Positions 60,983 through 64,000 of a stretch of DNA of 64,000 nucleotides are shown piece after piece. A program made the position numbers and the translations under genes. The notes under the pieces are model-generated. The model saw nothing but the letters and a program-made list of their open reading frames with translations. It was not told where the DNA came from and did not search any database. The DNA is from the human T2T-CHM13v2.0 reference genome, Homo sapiens: NCBI RefSeq assembly GCF_009914755.1, contig NC_060944.1, one strand, 5' to 3'. Numbering within the stretch: position 1 is the stretch's first letter; every line of letters begins with the position of its first letter.

Positions 60983-62420
60983 CCGGGCACAAGCATGAAC
61001 ACAACCGTTTGTTTCGCCGTCGCTCCATATGCCTCCGGTGACACACAATCACAGCATCTGCTCTGGGATATGCCAATACCATGCCTGGCCGCATGGTCTC
61101 CAGCTCGGATTAACCCCTGTTCCTGTTTGCTCGTGTCCTGTAAAGCACTCTCGGCTTTCTGGAGGCCCAGAGCTTTTAGAAGAAGGGCAGGCCCCTGCTC
61201 TTTCAAAGGAGGAGGGAGGCAGAGGGCTGATGGATCAGTGAATTTTCAGCTGACAACACGCCTTGAGACTCATGGGATCGACTTGTGCTGCAGCGAGGCC
61301 CTGCCTGCCTCATCAGGAGTGGTGAGCCCATCCTATCTCACTCGGAAGGGGCCAAAATCGCATCTGAAGGGGAGTCCCGAGAACACAGCAGGCGTCCTGA
61401 AGCTCCCCCTCCCTCGGTGGAAGTCCGCCCAAGGAGGTCCTGAGGACAGGACTCCTGGGAGTTTCGTGCTGGGACAGGACCCCCGCGGCCTCCTCTCAAA
61501 CGCCACCCCCAACTGGACCCCGGGTCCAGCCACCACCGTGGCTGCAGGAGGACACTCGCTGCTGACGCGTAGCTGTGGACTTATTTAAAGGGGATGCAGC
61601 CTGAGTCGGCGTAGCCAATGCGCATGCGCAAGGCGCGAGCGGCTTCTCACGTCACAGTGCTTCCCGCGGTTGTCTTAGAAACCAGTCCCTGAGGTTTGGC
61701 AGAGCAGGAGCCCTCCGTGGCACTGCTTGGGTGTCGGGGCTCTGAGGCTCCGGCCTGACCTCTCCACGGGGTCGACGGGAATGTCTCCGGATGCCAGGGG
61801 TCGCAAAGGGCCGACCAGGATGTGGAAACCCCAGGCGGAGTTCGCTGGAAGCAGCATGGCATCCCAGCCTCAGGCCTGCCCGGACCGTGTTGGGGAGTCT
61901 CCCCAAAAGTCGTGCCGCCGTGGTCTCGAGGACAGGTCGGCCTGCGTGCCCCTGGGCTGCTCTCTCACCCGAGGGTCGTTCTCGTGGAGAGCAGAACCCC
62001 GCAGCCTCAGGGGTTGCCTGGGGGTGTGTGTTTCAATGCCTCTGCTGTATGACTCCGTGTGTGTGTGTGTGTGAGTGTGAGTGTGTGTGTGAGTGTGTGT
62101 CTCCCTTTGTCTCTTCTCTTTGTCTCTCAGTCTCTGTGTGTTTCTTTCCCTCTCTCTGTCTGTGTGTGTGTGCCCGTGTGCGTGTGTGTCTTTGGCCGAA
62201 TGCGCCCAGTGCACCACAGAGCGATTTTTCGCATGTCGGCCTGTCTTTGGTGAGCCTCTTTCTGCGTCTCTGCCTGGGTCGTGCATCCGGTTGTCAATCG
62301 TCTTTGCCGTCGCGGTCCCGCTTTGGGTGTGTGAAGGCCTGGCCCACGTGAGGAGATGCGTCGGTCCCGGAGCAATTGTAATCTCATCCCCTTTCTGCGC
62401 GTCCTCTTTTCTAGGATCAA
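60983..62420. promoter_or_regulatory. CpG-island-like, probably bidirectional promoter region
   Basis: Abrupt rise in GC and CpG; TA-box-like tatttaaa 61582-61589, CCAAT 61615-61619, NRF1 palindrome TGCGCATGCGCA 61619-61630, CRE/ATF-like TCACGTCAC 61647-61655. Confidence 0.75.
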
Positions 62421-62881
62421 GATGAACACACTGCAGCCGAGGACAAGAGACCCACAGGAGCTCTTCGTCCTGCAGGAGAGGAGAGGACCCACGTCAGTGA
62501 AGATGGTTGTATCTTTTCACGGCTCTTCTCTGAGAAATGAAGCCACACCACGATACAGTCTGCAAGAGGAAGCCGGTAATGGGAGATGGCAACAACCCCT
62601 GTCACTGGAATGCTGGCATCTCTGGACAAGCCACCCTTTTGGAACCTTCCCCTTATGCCCGTGGCAGTGGCATGGTTCTGTATCCTGCCTGGGCTCTGGG
62701 CTCTGGCCTCTGCTCTGTCTTCCCTCTTGCTGTGCCTCCCCTGTTTCTCAGGGGCCTAGATGCCTCTCGCTCTGGCCAAATGTCTTCAACGAAGATGACT
62801 TCCAAGTCCTTCAGGGAGACACTTCCGGGAGATCAGTGTCATGATTGTTTCTCTCTCCAAACGTGTTTCTGCTTGAATGGG
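61650..62881 (+). pseudogene. FAM27: FAM27-family (FAM27B/C-like sense, FAM27D/E-like antisense) lncRNA or pseudogene copy, 3'-truncated
   Basis: Acceptor ctttt-ctag|62415 opens [41 protein letters not shown], matching the recalled FAM27B/C C-terminus. Minus-strand MRLQLLRDRRISSRGPGLHTPKA and RQPLRLRGSALHENDPRVREQPRGTQADLSSR match recalled FAM27D1/E hypothetical proteins but are split over three frames. Confidence 0.8.
62057..62190. repeat. Compound (GT)n/(CT)n microsatellite
   Basis: Directly visible in the FAM27 intron. Confidence 0.9.
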
Positions 62882-62883
62882 GA

Positions 62884-64000
62884 AGTTTTGAAACACTCCT
62901 TTTGTTTAATCTGCTATTGGATATTTGGAGCTCTGTGAGACATTCGATGGAATCAGGAATATCTTCACATAAAAACTAGACAGAAGCATTCTCAGAAACT
63001 GCATTGTGATGTGTGCATTCAACTCACAGAATTGAACCTTTCTTTCGATAGAGCAGTTTTGAAACAGTCTTTTTGTAGAATCTGCAAGTGGGTATTTGGA
63101 GCGATTTGAGGCCTATGGTGGATAAAGAAATATCTTCCCATAAAAACTAGACAGAAGCGTTCTCACGAACTTCTTTGTGATGTGTGCATTCAGCTAACCG
63201 AGTTGAAGCTTTCTTTTGATAGAGCACTTTTGATACACTCCTTTTGTAGAATCTGATAGTGGATATTTGGAGATTTTTGAAGCCTACGTTGGAAACCGCA
63301 ATATCTTCCCAGAAAAAGTAGACAGAAGCATTCTCAGAAACTTCTTTGTGATGTGTGCATTCAACTCACGGAGTTGAACCTTTCTTTGGATAGAGCAGTT
63401 TTGAAACACTCTTTTTGTAGAATCTACAATTGTTTATTTGGAGCGCTTTGAGGCCTATGGTGTAAAAGAAAATATGTTCATATAAAAACTAGATGGAAGG
63501 ATTCTCAGAAACTTCTTTGTGATGTTTGCATTCAACTCACAGAGTTGAACATAGCTTTTGATAAAGCAGTTTTGAGTCAGTCTTTTTGTAGATCTGCAAG
63601 TGGATATCTGGAGCAATTTGAGACCTAGGGTGGAAAAGGAAATATCTTCACACAAAAACCAGAGAGAAGGATTCTTAGAAACTTCTTTGTGATGTGTGCA
63701 TTCGACTCACAGAGTTGAACCTTTCTTTTGATAGAGCAGTTTTGAAACACTCCTTTTGTAGAATCTGCTGGTGGATATTTGGGGCTCTTTGTGGCCTTCG
63801 TTGGAAATGGGAATATCATCACATAAAAACTAGACAGAAGTATTCTCACAAACTTCTTTGTGATCTGTGCATTCAACTCACAGAGTTGAACCTTCCTTTT
63901 GATAGAGCAGTTTTGAAACATTCTTTTTGTAGAATCTGCAAGTGGATATTTAGAGCAATTTGAGGCCTATGGTGGAAAAGGAAATATCTCCACATAATAC
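62884..64000 (+). repeat. Alpha satellite, ~6.5 diverged monomers, continuing beyond the window
   Basis: The cattctcagaaact landmark recurs at 62987, 63158, 63329, 63500, 63670 and 63841 (171, 171, 171, 170, 171 bp). Confidence 0.99.

Noticed and set aside
60971-62938. Long ORFs (205, 186, 162 aa) in the CpG island
   Set aside because: Explained by GC richness and microsatellites. FAM27-like peptides are frameshifted here and are themselves dubious predicted proteins, so not called CDS.
62884-64000. Regular repeats as a CRISPR array or an active centromeric HOR
   Set aside because: Contiguous 171-bp alpha monomers without spacers; no intact CENP-B box and no HOR visible in 1.1 kb.

Overview
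Great-ape (most likely human) genomic DNA from a pericentromeric segmental-duplication mosaic that runs directly into alpha satellite. There is no intact protein-coding gene. About 60 kb is AT-rich, repeat-dense sequence (Alu, L1, L2/MIR, MaLR and ERV LTRs, Tigger elements). Three things stand out. (1) At ~15.0-15.8 kb is a frameshifted copy of CFTR exon 10 (legacy exon 9, CFTRP-type pseudogene). Its flanks show the full anatomy of an antisense L1 3' transduction: 9-bp TSD, new poly(A) 15 nt past an antisense AATAAA, the source L1's own tail and a twin-priming inversion. (2) At ~61.0-62.9 kb is a ~1.9 kb FAM27-family CpG-island module (CCAAT, NRF1 and CRE motifs), cut on the left by a truncated THE1 and on the right by alpha satellite, with its sense direction pointing into the satellite. 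(3) From ~62.9 kb to the end are ~6.5 diverged 171-bp alpha monomers in irregular B/A order with decayed CENP-B boxes. Smaller observations are a templated insertion at ~39.0 kb, candidate dead minus-strand exons and nested TE insertions. Repeat subfamily names and comparisons with CFTR and FAM27 come from recalled consensus sequences, not from searches; the chromosome (chr20-like pericentromere) is an inference.
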